Virus record (IMG/VR): IMGVR_UViG_3300050821_008818
Location: 7,364-71,363 of that record
From: a virus
Reading direction: 5' to 3' (one strand)
DNA: 64,000 nucleotides
The position numbers and the translations under genes were made by a program. Within the stretch, counting starts at the first letter, position 1. The number at the start of each line of letters is the position of its first letter. Of this stretch, positions 46,021 to 55,044 are shown piece after piece. The notes beneath the pieces were generated by a model, which was not told the DNA's origin, made no database searches, and worked only from the letters and a program-made list of their open reading frames with translations.

Positions 46021-47157
46021 TCACACGACCGTTAGTGTGCCAATCTTGACCACATTGCGAAGAGTTCCGACGAGATCGATAGTGTTGCCGTTAATCGAAA
46101 GTGGCGATATGTTCAGCACACCAGGTGTTGCGTCGAAGATCACTTGCGCAAGGCGATTGTAATAAAGCGGCTGCCCGAGTGGCAATGTGTTAACGTAATC
46201 CAACACTGCCGTACTGACGACGCTAACGACAAAACCATGATCATATCCGGCTACGGATGTAAGAATAATACCGATATTCGCGTATATAATTACGGGCGGG
46301 AAAACGCCCCACATTACGCCACCAGCGCGAGTTGCTCCAACAGCAAGAGCCGCATTGGTTATAAAAGTTGCATTTGGTGCGCCGGTCCCGTCGTCGACAG
46401 TGACAGTCAGGAACCCTGGATTGGCGGTAAGATCAGCGTTAACGTTTTCAAGCACAGTCACTTGCGCGCCAAGCTGCGTAGTTGTGACGGAAAACTCAAT
46501 CGCTGCAACCGTTCCCTTGCTCAGAGCGGCGATAAATCCAATGAACCTGCTGCGGTATGCGGCGTCAGTTTCAGATGCGAATCCGTTAGTGAAAGCTATG
46601 GCATTAACAACTGTGTCAATGCCAACAAGTGGCGTCGTGATCTGGCTTAGCGCCCCAGCAACAACGTTTCCAGCCGTGCCAACTGTAGTGCATTGCACGG
46701 GAACAGTAATGCTTGCGATGTTCGCAGGCATGTTGTAACCGGCTATGGGAGTTCCTACGTAATTGGGATTGCCCAGATCGACCGTGACTGTGAATGTTGC
46801 GGTGCCATCAATGCTTTGAATCGTCGCGCCGATCGGAATAAATGGCGCGTTCGTTCCGGCAGTATTTCGCGAAAACGTAACCGTTCCAGTAGCTGACTGT
46901 GCACCAAGACGCAAAAAATTCCAATCGGCCATCCAGCTGTCTAGATCGGAACCCTGCGACGTCGATGCACGCGTTAGTTGAGCTATCTGGAGAGCTAGCG
47001 CCTGAAGCCAAAGCAAAATTCCGCTGAAGCCTTCAGCCAATGCCCTAAGGCTTGAACCTATCGAAAAATCAAGAATAGTGTTCGCGCGGCCTTGTATCCC
47101 CGTCGCGATGTTCGTCACGATCGTGGTAAAGGATTTTGTCGGTAGAATCGCCATCAA
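46021..47157 (-). CDS. baseplate J-like protein
   Basis: GS.LRALAE; ATGTVTFSR; G.AGNV; ETDAAYRSR. Confidence 0.9.
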   Translation of the reverse strand: MMAILPTKSFTTIVTNIATGIQGRANTILDFSIGSSLRALAEGFSGILLWLQALALQIAQLTRASTSQGSDLDSWMADWNFLRLGAQSATGTVTFSRNTAGTNAPFIPIGATIQSIDGTATFTVTVDLGNPNYVGTPIAGYNMPANIASITVPVQCTTVGTAGNVVAGALSQITTPLVGIDTVVNAIAFTNGFASETDAAYRSRFIGFIAALSKGTVAAIEFSVTTTQLGAQVTVLENVNADLTANPGFLTVTVDDGTGAPNATFITNAALAVGATRAGGVMWGVFPPVIIYANIGIILTSVAGYDHGFVVSVVSTAVLDYVNTLPLGQPLYYNRLAQVIFDATPGVLNISPLSINGNTIDLVGTLRNVVKIGTLTVV

Positions 47158-47160
47158 ATC

Positions 47161-47189
47161 TTGACTTCTTTGATATGAGCAGATAATTT
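47161..47189 (+). promoter_or_regulatory. sigma70-type promoter of tRNA-like RNA A
   Basis: TTGACT-N17-TAATTT ends 6 nt before the RNA. Confidence 0.7.
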
Positions 47190-47195
47190 AAAATA

Positions 47196-47363
47196 GTTGG
47201 GTTAAATGGCGTGACCGATAGACTTGGTTTGCTCTCTAGAAATAGATCATGAGCAATAAGGGGCGGTAATCGGCGCTCGATCCAGAGCGACAAAGTGGAA
47301 CGGATCTGATACCACGGCGGAGGCTTGGGCGGTTCAAATCCCCCAACATTTAACCCAACACCA
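47196..47363 (+). ncRNA. tRNA-like RNA A (168 nt, CCA-ended)
   Basis: 13-bp perfect terminal stem GTTGGGTTAAATG/CATTTAACCCAAC plus ACCA; T-loop GTTCAAATC; internal hairpins. Confidence 0.75.
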
Positions 47364-47726
47364 TCAGACCGCGATCGTAAGAGAGAGCTGCTGGCTACTT
47401 CCAGCCGAAGTGTAACCAATACTGATGATAAACAGGCCGCCAGGCTGCTGAACCACGCTAATCGTCGGCGCGGGATTGGGTGCTACCGAAGACTCCAAGG
47501 CAATTTGCGAACGCACAATGCTTTCTAGAAATTGCGTTGTCATCGGCCGACCTATCTTTTGCGGTAGGCCGGCGCCGTAATCTTGGTGGAATACATATCC
47601 ACCGACGACCGTGAACAAACGGCGCAAAATTCGCTGGCGTGCATAGATGTCGCCATCTACAAGCGCAAGATCGTGACTGGGGGACAGTTTATAGTCGGTA
47701 TCCCATTCAAGTGAAGGTTCTGGCAT
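47364..47726 (-). CDS. baseplate wedge protein (gp25/Mu gp46-like)
   Basis: RQRILRRLFT..GGY.FH.DYGAGL; between spike and J. Confidence 0.75.
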   Translation of the reverse strand: MPEPSLEWDTDYKLSPSHDLALVDGDIYARQRILRRLFTVVGGYVFHQDYGAGLPQKIGRPMTTQFLESIVRSQIALESSVAPNPAPTISVVQQPGGLFIISIGYTSAGSSQQLSLTIAV

Positions 47727-48995
47727 TTAGCAGTACCTCCAGGACGCACCATTATAAGCCACCGGACAATTTACTGCCGTTGCGCCTCCGCCGGTTGGAA
47801 TAGCATTGAACGCTGCTGCCGCATTAGAAACTGTGTCGCTACAATAAACCATCATCCCTCTTTGTGGGGATGCAATGCCTGCTAATCCTGCAATAGTGTA
47901 GACGGGAAGTTGTATCCATGACGTTGCGACTGCAGTATCAGTTGTAAACCCTTGGGTAACCGTAAGACCCTGAGTTGCTTGCGCAAGTCCGCCCGCACCA
48001 TCTGATGCCACCTCAAAAGCGCCAGTGCTTAAACCACCCAAAACGCTTGCGAGTCCCGAGACGCCAAGCGTGCCGGTGACATTGGTATTCCCATTATGAA
48101 GAATGCTTGATGCTGCATCGGTGATCGATGTTCCGGCCGTACGCGTATGGGTTGTGCCCGCAGTATCACTAATTGAAGTGGCTGCGGTGCGAGAATGTGC
48201 AGCTGACGTGTTTGTGATAATCCCGTTGACGAGATCAAGAACGATAGAATGAGAAGAACCTCCGCCAGATGCCTTGTGCGTTAATGTCTTTGCCAATAGA
48301 TCAAGGATCATCGTGTGCGTGTTGGTTCCGTCAGTAGAGGAGTGTATTACGCTATTTTTGGTTGACCTTAATCCACTCGAAAATCCGGTGCTAAACGCGC
48401 TACTGTCTGACTTCGGATCCATCGTTATGGAATGGGAGATTTGAGCCCCATCTGACGCCGTGTGCGTCATCTTCCCGCCCTTGCCATTCGCCTTCGTTGC
48501 AGCGGCGGCATAATTTCCCGCTGTCGCACTATGGCTCATGTTAGGCTGAGTATTATCAGTCTGCCCGTCGGCCTGCTTTTGTGTTGTCGCGGTTGATAGA
48601 GAACCGTCCATATTCATCTTGAGGGAAGAATTGAACTTCGTAATGTGAACATGCTCGCCTGATTGGGCTTGCGGAGGCATGTCAACGTCAGAATGAAGAC
48701 GCGCGGCAATCTTGCCGCTTTCGAAATCTCCCTCTTGATATCGAACTATAACCTGATCGCCAGTCGTCTTGCCGTCGCCTGGCACGAGTCCGGTAACCGT
48801 CCCATAGTTTGGGCCCGCCAAATGAGTTTCAATCGGAATTTGCCCGGATTCTAATTGCTCGGGCTGAAACATTACCTTGGCAGTGTAAGTTTTAGGATCG
48901 TAACTAGTTACTAGCCCGATGCGCTCATGTCTCCGGCCGGCCGCCCAGTTCTCAATGCACCGATAAATCATCGGCTCGAGATCGGCGACAGTCAT
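47727..48995 (-). CDS. baseplate spike (gpV-like) with extended C-terminus
   Basis: GLVTSYDP....AKV...PE OB-fold start; GDQV.V. Confidence 0.8.
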   Translation of the reverse strand: MTVADLEPMIYRCIENWAAGRRHERIGLVTSYDPKTYTAKVMFQPEQLESGQIPIETHLAGPNYGTVTGLVPGDGKTTGDQVIVRYQEGDFESGKIAARLHSDVDMPPQAQSGEHVHITKFNSSLKMNMDGSLSTATTQKQADGQTDNTQPNMSHSATAGNYAAAATKANGKGGKMTHTASDGAQISHSITMDPKSDSSAFSTGFSSGLRSTKNSVIHSSTDGTNTHTMILDLLAKTLTHKASGGGSSHSIVLDLVNGIITNTSAAHSRTAATSISDTAGTTHTRTAGTSITDAASSILHNGNTNVTGTLGVSGLASVLGGLSTGAFEVASDGAGGLAQATQGLTVTQGFTTDTAVATSWIQLPVYTIAGLAGIASPQRGMMVYCSDTVSNAAAAFNAIPTGGGATAVNCPVAYNGASWRYC

Positions 48996-50041
48996 TCTGC
49001 GCTGCGTCCCTCGCCGGCAGTCGCTGCATTGATTATCATCGTGTAGCCGCCCATGCCGAATGAATGCTTAATCTCGTCAATCTGATATTGCTGATCGAAC
49101 GGGCCTGTTCCGGAAAGCTGAAGAGACATTGAGACGTCGATCGACGTGTCCCCAACGACTTCAGCCTCAAGGTGAAAGGTATGGCGCGTCATCTCTTGCG
49201 CCCTCATTTTTGCAAAATTCTGGATTTGATCCTGCACGAAAGCAGGAATATGATAGGAGGTAGTTGTTTTGCCACCAGTACCTTGCACGGTTGCGGTATT
49301 CTCAAGCATTTTCTTTTTGCGAGAATGCCAGCTTTTCGCAGTTGTTTCGTTAGTCTTGGCAGCCTGCGCATTGTAGGAGATGGTAAGATGCAGGCAGTCC
49401 GAAATCATTGGACTGCCAGGAGTTGGCGGGACATAATTGAGGGAATAGCTGCCGCCAGAACTGCCCTGGCTCACGTAGTTGAGAGAAGTTCCCTTGACGA
49501 ACCAGCGAGCGCCATCTAGTTCGGCGAGTTTATGGATAACTGATGCAAAACTTTGGCCGTCCGTAAGTTTCGCGTATTCATCTTTCAGGATTCGGCCGGC
49601 CTTAATCATTCCTTCGCCGACTTGCGCCTGAAGGCCAGCACGCTGCGCCAAGTCCTGAACGATATCGGTTGTCTTCTTATTTACCCATTTTTCGGCTGAC
49701 TTCATTTCGTGCAGTTTGGCCGAGCTGTCGCGACCCGTCGCGGTAATTACGCGCTGGGTAAAATCGAAACTGACGTTGTCCAACTCTCCCTGAACTAAGG
49801 TAGAACCGTTTACGATGATGCTAGCACTTGTTTGGCTGCCGCCGGCGAGTGCGCTAAGAGCGCCTCCATCCATCGGCAGATTTGCGGTGAATGTTGCGCT
49901 TCGCCGTGTCGCCGTTTGACAAACTTGGCCACTGGTAAGCAAGAACTGGCCGCCGCAAACCAGATAGGCGGTGTGCGGCTTAACGCCAGTCGAGATCGCC
50001 AAATTACGCCCCCAAGATACCGCTCGTATCCGTAGTGTCAA
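48992..50041 (-). CDS. baseplate hub (gpD/Mu gp44-like)
   Basis: TGRDSSAKL; YQIDEIKHSF..GY; position before spike. Confidence 0.75.
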   Translation of the reverse strand: MTLRIRAVSWGRNLAISTGVKPHTAYLVCGGQFLLTSGQVCQTATRRSATFTANLPMDGGALSALAGGSQTSASIIVNGSTLVQGELDNVSFDFTQRVITATGRDSSAKLHEMKSAEKWVNKKTTDIVQDLAQRAGLQAQVGEGMIKAGRILKDEYAKLTDGQSFASVIHKLAELDGARWFVKGTSLNYVSQGSSGGSYSLNYVPPTPGSPMISDCLHLTISYNAQAAKTNETTAKSWHSRKKKMLENTATVQGTGGKTTTSYHIPAFVQDQIQNFAKMRAQEMTRHTFHLEAEVVGDTSIDVSMSLQLSGTGPFDQQYQIDEIKHSFGMGGYTMIINAATAGEGRSAE

Positions 50042-50246
50042 AAAGAGCCGGTATAGCTATTTGCGTCAGTCCGTTGATCCACGGATCGACAAGATTATTT
50101 TCCTTAGCCAGCACGGGCCAATACATGGCATTGCCAAGCTCTGTCGCAGCAATATGAAACAAAGTCGTGTTTGAAACCAGAATAGTCCGGAACGGAACGG
50201 CCTCTCCGACATAAGGTTGAGCGACGGTTGCCATTTGAACAAACAT
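50004..50246 (-). CDS. LysM-like/gpX-like baseplate protein
   Basis: TLFHIAATELGNAMYWPVLAKENNLVDPW...IAIP. Confidence 0.7.
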   Translation of the reverse strand: MFVQMATVAQPYVGEAVPFRTILVSNTTLFHIAATELGNAMYWPVLAKENNLVDPWINGLTQIAIPALFDTTDTSGILGA

Positions 50247-50256
50247 TCCTTATATA
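50228..50256 (+). promoter_or_regulatory. sigma70-type promoter of tRNA-like RNA B
   Basis: TTGCCA-N17-TATATA ends 5 nt before the RNA. Confidence 0.65.
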
Positions 50257-50261
50257 AAACT

Positions 50262-50445
50262 GGTGAGCGGCGGCGTGGAAAGCAGACACGCCTTGATAAT
50301 TTAGCAATCAAAGCCGCACCTTGAAGAGCGACGGGCCTTTAACCCGGAAGTGCGGGGAGTTGGTGTACCCCCTGCGGCACGACAGATGCTAAAGGCCGCG
50401 GTAGCTCAGAAGAGGTAAGCCGGGATAGCGTCCGGCCCGCTCACT
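50262..50445 (+). ncRNA. tRNA-like RNA B (~184 nt, no encoded CCA)
   Basis: GTGAGCGG/CCGCTCAC terminal stem stacked on GCCGG-GATAGCGT-CCGGC; D-arm-like GGCGTG-GAAAGCAGA-CACGCC. Confidence 0.65.
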
Positions 50446-50756
50446 TACCCGGTTATCTCAATATTCAGCACCATACGGCCGATGACGCCGCGAAGATCGG
50501 ATAGCGTTTGTTCGTCTTGGGCGCTCGTTAGAAGGGCAAGGAGGCCATTAACCGTGTCTCCGGGCATCTTGGATCCCTGAAACGTATCAAGGGCGCCAGC
50601 GGCGGTTTTTTCGGCCGCATCAATGGCCATAGCTAGCGTTGAAGCTTGCTGAAGTAGCGCGCGACGAATTGTTACGCTTGCCGACAGGTATGACCCCATA
50701 GCCACAAGCGCCGCATTAAGATTTGAGACGCCAGTCGTAACGGAGGAAGGGATCAT
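50445..50756 (-). CDS. tail/baseplate-region hypothetical protein
   Basis: 103 aa, overlapping upstream stop. Confidence 0.6.
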   Translation of the reverse strand: MIPSSVTTGVSNLNAALVAMGSYLSASVTIRRALLQQASTLAMAIDAAEKTAAGALDTFQGSKMPGDTVNGLLALLTSAQDEQTLSDLRGVIGRMVLNIEITG

Positions 50757-51199
50757 AGCCCAACCAAGCTCATTCCTGTGGCCATGTCCGCCCCCAAAAG
50801 CTGATCAATTCCCTGCGTAATCGCGCCAAGCGCGCCAGACATAGTATCAACAGCCACGACAACCGTTATATCGTAATGCCACAGCTGAGGGTAACGCTCC
50901 GGCTTTGCCGTAAAATGAGAGACGATAACCGTCCAGAAATTTCCGCCCCAAACGAGAGGAACCGGCGCCCCGGATACACGCAAAGCGTCAAGCGCACGAA
51001 CATTCTCTCGAGCGTCCGATCCATAGAATGTTCCGGACCAGGAATAGTCGTCATCATCAGGGCCAAGAGTATCAATAACACGCGAGCCGCCTGGCAGCTT
51101 GTGAATTGCCATAGCTTGCGCGCCGCCGAGATGAATATCATGCGGCGTCGACCACTCGTCGAAGGAAATTCCGCCAAGGGTGAGAGTATCAGTGGCCAT
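50753..51199 (-). CDS. tail tube initiator (gpU-like)
   Basis: HKLPGGSRVIDTLGPD...WSG.F...LDALR..G.PV.L.W. Confidence 0.7.
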   Translation of the reverse strand: MATDTLTLGGISFDEWSTPHDIHLGGAQAMAIHKLPGGSRVIDTLGPDDDDYSWSGTFYGSDARENVRALDALRVSGAPVPLVWGGNFWTVIVSHFTAKPERYPQLWHYDITVVVAVDTMSGALGAITQGIDQLLGADMATGMSLVGL

Positions 51200-51200
51200 C

Positions 51201-51911
51201 TCAAATCAGCATCCCATTTTCTCTAGCAAACTCGATTGGATCTTTTGACCACTTGGTGCCATTGCATTTAGCACACAACCACTGAAGATTGCGCGGCCAA
51301 TTAGAGCCACCCCGCACTAATGGAATGATGTGATCTATATGGCCCCTCCCGCGTAATTTCTTACGGCAGTATGCGCAGCGGTCTTTTTGAAGAGCACGAA
51401 TAGATGCTATATCAGCGGCGGTGTGAGTTCCGGGCGCAAGCAATTTCCTCGCGCGTCTGTTGCGAACTCCTTCCGCCTTTTTGTCAGCATTGTTCTTGCG
51501 GTACTTGGCGGCATAAGCCTTTACCTTGTCAGGATTAGCCAATCTCCACGCGGCCGCCAGAGATCTTACCCTGTCAGGATTAGCCTTTTTCCACACTAGA
51601 TTACGTGCGTTAATCTCATCCGGATTGGCTTTGTAATGTCCGCGTCTTTGGGCATTGTATTTATTAGCATTAGCCTTCCACCGTTCGGTATCTTTGGCTT
51701 TCTCCCTGTCTGCGTTAGCCTTACGCCACTTGGCATAATAATCCGGATCAGATTGCCGCCGCGCGGCGGCACGGGCCCTCTCCTTTTCCGCGTTGGCTTT
51801 GTACCACTCATCATAATAGGTTGGATTATTCTTGCGCCATTTGGCAGTACGGGCTCGCGCATTGGCTTTCTTAATCTCTTGCCGTTCAAGAGAATCTCGT
51901 GCAATTTTCAT
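51201..51911 (-). CDS. HNH endonuclease with basic W/Y-R-K-x-N repeats
   Basis: CAYC...HIDHIIPL.RGGSN...NLQ.LC.KCN..K; start reassigned to MKIARD. Confidence 0.85.
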   Translation of the reverse strand: MKIARDSLERQEIKKANARARTAKWRKNNPTYYDEWYKANAEKERARAAARRQSDPDYYAKWRKANADREKAKDTERWKANANKYNAQRRGHYKANPDEINARNLVWKKANPDRVRSLAAAWRLANPDKVKAYAAKYRKNNADKKAEGVRNRRARKLLAPGTHTAADIASIRALQKDRCAYCRKKLRGRGHIDHIIPLVRGGSNWPRNLQWLCAKCNGTKWSKDPIEFARENGMLI

Positions 51912-51924
51912 TATCAGAATATGG

Positions 51925-54108
51925 TTAAGCAGTGGCTGTTTGTCGATCTGCTCCTGCGAAAGTGTGATAGCCGTCGAAGTAAGCTGCACCTCGGCTATGC
52001 TCGCTCGACTTCAAGATGTGAGTAACACTGTTAGAGGCTATCATTTTCCCATCAAGATATACTGGGTTGTGGATGTTTGCTTGAACAGTCTGCTGACCCT
52101 TGTACGAAGGAGCATGCGGCTGGGTCGACATATATTTCCTATAGGCCCCTGAATTATACGTCGACCAGTCTCGATAACCACCGGCCCGCCGATGCATAGC
52201 AAGCGCAACCCGGGCGTTTGTCGCCGGATCGTACAAATCTTCGTTACTACTCAAGCCAAATTGTCGGCGCCTTTGAGGCCCCATCGCACCAAGCATGTTA
52301 ATTTGCCAAAGCCCGTAAGAATTGTCACCGGTCCTAAAATTGGCATTATGCGCTAGAGGATTGCCGCCTGATTCCGGCTGAGCGAGTGCTGCAAACGTGC
52401 GCGCTTCCTCATCAGTTGCGCCTTGGGCTTTCATAAGATCATAAGCTTTTGCAACGTTATAGGCGCCCCCTCCGGCCTGGCCGCCATACGACGCGTTAAT
52501 GAGACCGCCACCGCCTCCTAACCCGCCCCCGCCGAAGCTCGCCTTTTTAAGCAGGCCACCAAGGGTTGTGATCCAATCCGAAATCATCTGGCCGATACCA
52601 TGAAGCCATTCCGCAAATTTTGTGATCGCATCCTTAATGGTGTTGAATCCTGTCGATACCGTATCCCAATTGAGCGCAGCTAATGCTGTTATCGAGGCGA
52701 TCAACGCGCCAACCAAACCACCAACGGCCGCTCCTGGTGGTCCGAACAGCAGCCCAATTAGCGATCCTGCACCAGCTCCAATGCCGATGGCCCCAAGCTG
52801 TGCAAACAGTTTACCCAAACTTTGGATGAGTTCAGGATTTGAATTCGCAAGGGAGCCTATCGATGTGAACATAGAAGTGAGGTTTTTCATCACAGGCATC
52901 GCGGCCAACATGAGTGGCGCACCAATCGCCGACAACATTGACTCGAATTGATCGCTAAATGCCTTCTTAACACCTACCGGGTTGCGAGTGGTAAAATCCT
53001 GGTAAGCTTGCTCAAGTGGCTTAACCTGGCCCGCGAGTCCAAGATCTTTTGCTATCTGATCTCGGAACCCCTTATCGCCAAACATTTGTATCATCTTGGC
53101 GGCATTTCGGTTGGGCGCTTCCTTGCCTAGCATGTTCTGATATAGCGCTTCGTCGCCGCCTGCAGCCTTCATCATATGAGGATAGACAATTTCCTTAACC
53201 CAGCCCGGAAGGTCCCCCATATATTCTAGCGAGCCAAGTATCGCGCCCGGCTGAAGTTGCAACTTGCCACCGCCGAAGCCCGTCTTTGTCGTTTTAGACA
53301 TATCCAACAAGCCGGCCTTTTCCAAAGCAGCCGCCTGTTGCTTTGAGAGAGTCATTGTTCCCTGCTGCAATTGCTGCAAGGTCTGCATAGCGGTGCCAGC
53401 ACGAAAACCACCAAGATCCGCCATTGCAACAGCGGCTGGACCGAAGGCCTCTGGCTTCAAATTCATCCACGCCGTGCCGCCGGTCTTCGCAAATGTCTGG
53501 AAATCTTGCGGTGTCAACTTGCCGCCAAACGCCGTGATATATGAAAATGCCTGATCGGTTAATTGCTGTAGCTTCTTCGGATCAGTGGAAATACCTTTCA
53601 TTTCCGCCGAACGCAGTAGCTTATAATAGGCGCCTGATTGATCGCTACCAAGCGCATTAGATATTAGCGCGTCAGCCATCATTGCACGAGGTGCAAGCGC
53701 TGCTGCCGCAGCCTGGCTACCAGTGACCGAACGAAGCTCATTAACTGTTTTCAGATATTCCGAAGCCGTCGAAGTCGGAACAGCCTTGGCTACTCGCTCA
53801 AAATAGTCGGCTTGAAGTTTCAGGACATCGTTAAGGACCACACCGGACCGCTGTAGTTTATCTTGCTGGTTAAGCAGCTCAGTTCCCTTGTCAGCAAGTT
53901 TGGTCAAACCAACAACAACTGCAGTGCCAGCCGCTGCGCCAAGGGCGGAGAAAGCAGCCTTACCGGCTGCACCCATTTTCTCAAAACTATTTTCTAGATT
54001 TCTAATCCCCCCTGAGAGCTTAAACATATCCTCGCGAATCACATGCAGAACGGGACTTATCGCGTTCATCATGCTGATTTTTGTGGCCATTTCGTAAAGT
54101 ATAGACAT
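51925..54108 (-). CDS. tape measure protein with C-terminal lytic transglycosylase domain
   Basis: Ala/Gly-rich helical protein; ESGGNP.AHN...SYGLWQIN...LYDPATNA. Confidence 0.85.
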   Translation of the reverse strand: MSILYEMATKISMMNAISPVLHVIREDMFKLSGGIRNLENSFEKMGAAGKAAFSALGAAAGTAVVVGLTKLADKGTELLNQQDKLQRSGVVLNDVLKLQADYFERVAKAVPTSTASEYLKTVNELRSVTGSQAAAAALAPRAMMADALISNALGSDQSGAYYKLLRSAEMKGISTDPKKLQQLTDQAFSYITAFGGKLTPQDFQTFAKTGGTAWMNLKPEAFGPAAVAMADLGGFRAGTAMQTLQQLQQGTMTLSKQQAAALEKAGLLDMSKTTKTGFGGGKLQLQPGAILGSLEYMGDLPGWVKEIVYPHMMKAAGGDEALYQNMLGKEAPNRNAAKMIQMFGDKGFRDQIAKDLGLAGQVKPLEQAYQDFTTRNPVGVKKAFSDQFESMLSAIGAPLMLAAMPVMKNLTSMFTSIGSLANSNPELIQSLGKLFAQLGAIGIGAGAGSLIGLLFGPPGAAVGGLVGALIASITALAALNWDTVSTGFNTIKDAITKFAEWLHGIGQMISDWITTLGGLLKKASFGGGGLGGGGGLINASYGGQAGGGAYNVAKAYDLMKAQGATDEEARTFAALAQPESGGNPLAHNANFRTGDNSYGLWQINMLGAMGPQRRRQFGLSSNEDLYDPATNARVALAMHRRAGGYRDWSTYNSGAYRKYMSTQPHAPSYKGQQTVQANIHNPVYLDGKMIASNSVTHILKSSEHSRGAAYFDGYHTFAGADRQTATA

Positions 54109-54118
54109 GTGTCTGCCC

Positions 54119-54147
54119 TTGACAATTAATTAGGCGGTGCTTATATA
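54119..54147 (+). promoter_or_regulatory. sigma70-type promoter of antisense moron
   Basis: TTGACA-N17-TATATA ends 6 nt before ATG 54154. Confidence 0.7.
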
Positions 54148-54153
54148 CACCAC

Positions 54154-54300
54154 ATGACTAAGAACCCGAGACTATCGATAACATTTACCAAGCGACAGCT
54201 TGTCTTTATTGAGCGGGAGGCTACTAGGCTTGGTATCACGGTTGCGGAGACCGTTCGCCGCATCGTTGATTTTCACATAGAACGCAAGGAGAAATCATAA
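54154..54300 (+). CDS. 48-aa ribbon-helix-helix protein
   Basis: MTKNPRLSITFTKRQLVFIEREATRLGITVAETVRRIVD; TAATG-coupled to next gene. Confidence 0.7.
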   Translation: MTKNPRLSITFTKRQLVFIEREATRLGITVAETVRRIVDFHIERKEKS

Positions 54301-54533
54301 TGAAAACTTTTATCGCAATCGCGCTTATCTTAGCCGTCCTGCATAGCAGCTCATACGCCAAAGAATCTTGCCCCGAATTCAAGGGGGCTGATAAGGTCAT
54401 CTATCATACATGCAAATCTCGTTGGCCAGACGATTTCCACATGCTCAAATACTGCATAGACAATCAGGAAGAAGCCCTTTCCGATCTAAAGAAAAGGTTT
54501 TGCAGTGTCACAAAGGATGAGGAAAAACTCTGA
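54300..54533 (+). CDS. exported small Cys-containing protein
   Basis: signal peptide; C...WP.DF.M..YC...Q..A. Confidence 0.65.
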   Translation: MKTFIAIALILAVLHSSSYAKESCPEFKGADKVIYHTCKSRWPDDFHMLKYCIDNQEEALSDLKKRFCSVTKDEEKL

Positions 54534-54793
54534 TGACCAAAATGAGAACTTCTATTGCAATCGCGTTTGCGCTCGCAACGCTGATCAGCACACCAATCCG
54601 CGCCGGCGGCTGGTACGACGGATACGGTGGCGCCTGGCACTCCGACAGTACGGGGTACGGCGACGACGGTATGCTGCATTATGGCGGTGAGCGGCCCTAC
54701 GGAAGCGAAAGGAGCGGCCATTTGAATGGGCACCGTCACCGGCACTGCTGGATCACTTACGATGAAGGCTATCAGATCAGGATTTGTCGATAA
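54533..54793 (+). CDS. exported Gly/His/aromatic-rich peptide
   Basis: signal peptide; GGWYDGYGG...HRHRHCW...RICR. Confidence 0.6.
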   Translation: MTKMRTSIAIAFALATLISTPIRAGGWYDGYGGAWHSDSTGYGDDGMLHYGGERPYGSERSGHLNGHRHRHCWITYDEGYQIRICR

Positions 54794-55044
54794 TGCGCTT
54801 CTGGTTTAGTGTCCCATTCATCCGCCGTACTCGTATTGGCATCAGCGTATCGGACCGCGAAATCGCGCGAGCATTTCACCGTAATCCGCCAACGCCTACT
54901 GAAATGGAACAGCGCGCAATAGAAGAAGCGATAGTCGACGCAAAATCAAAGGCATTTGCCGCGCGCTGGTCGCCATGGGTAGCCTTTGTTATGTGGGTGA
55001 TAATTTTGTGGACAATATGGCATGCGATCCTATGGCTTTTTTGA
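54784..55044 (+). CDS. small membrane protein
   Basis: MRFWFS...RIGIS N-terminus, C-terminal TM. Confidence 0.55.
   Translation: MSIMRFWFSVPFIRRTRIGISVSDREIARAFHRNPPTPTEMEQRAIEEAIVDAKSKAFAARWSPWVAFVMWVIILWTIWHAILWLF

Noticed and set aside
47069-47528. ORFs 47069-47419 and 47325-47528
   Set aside because: They overlap baseplate genes and the structured RNA, with no RBS or recognisable motifs
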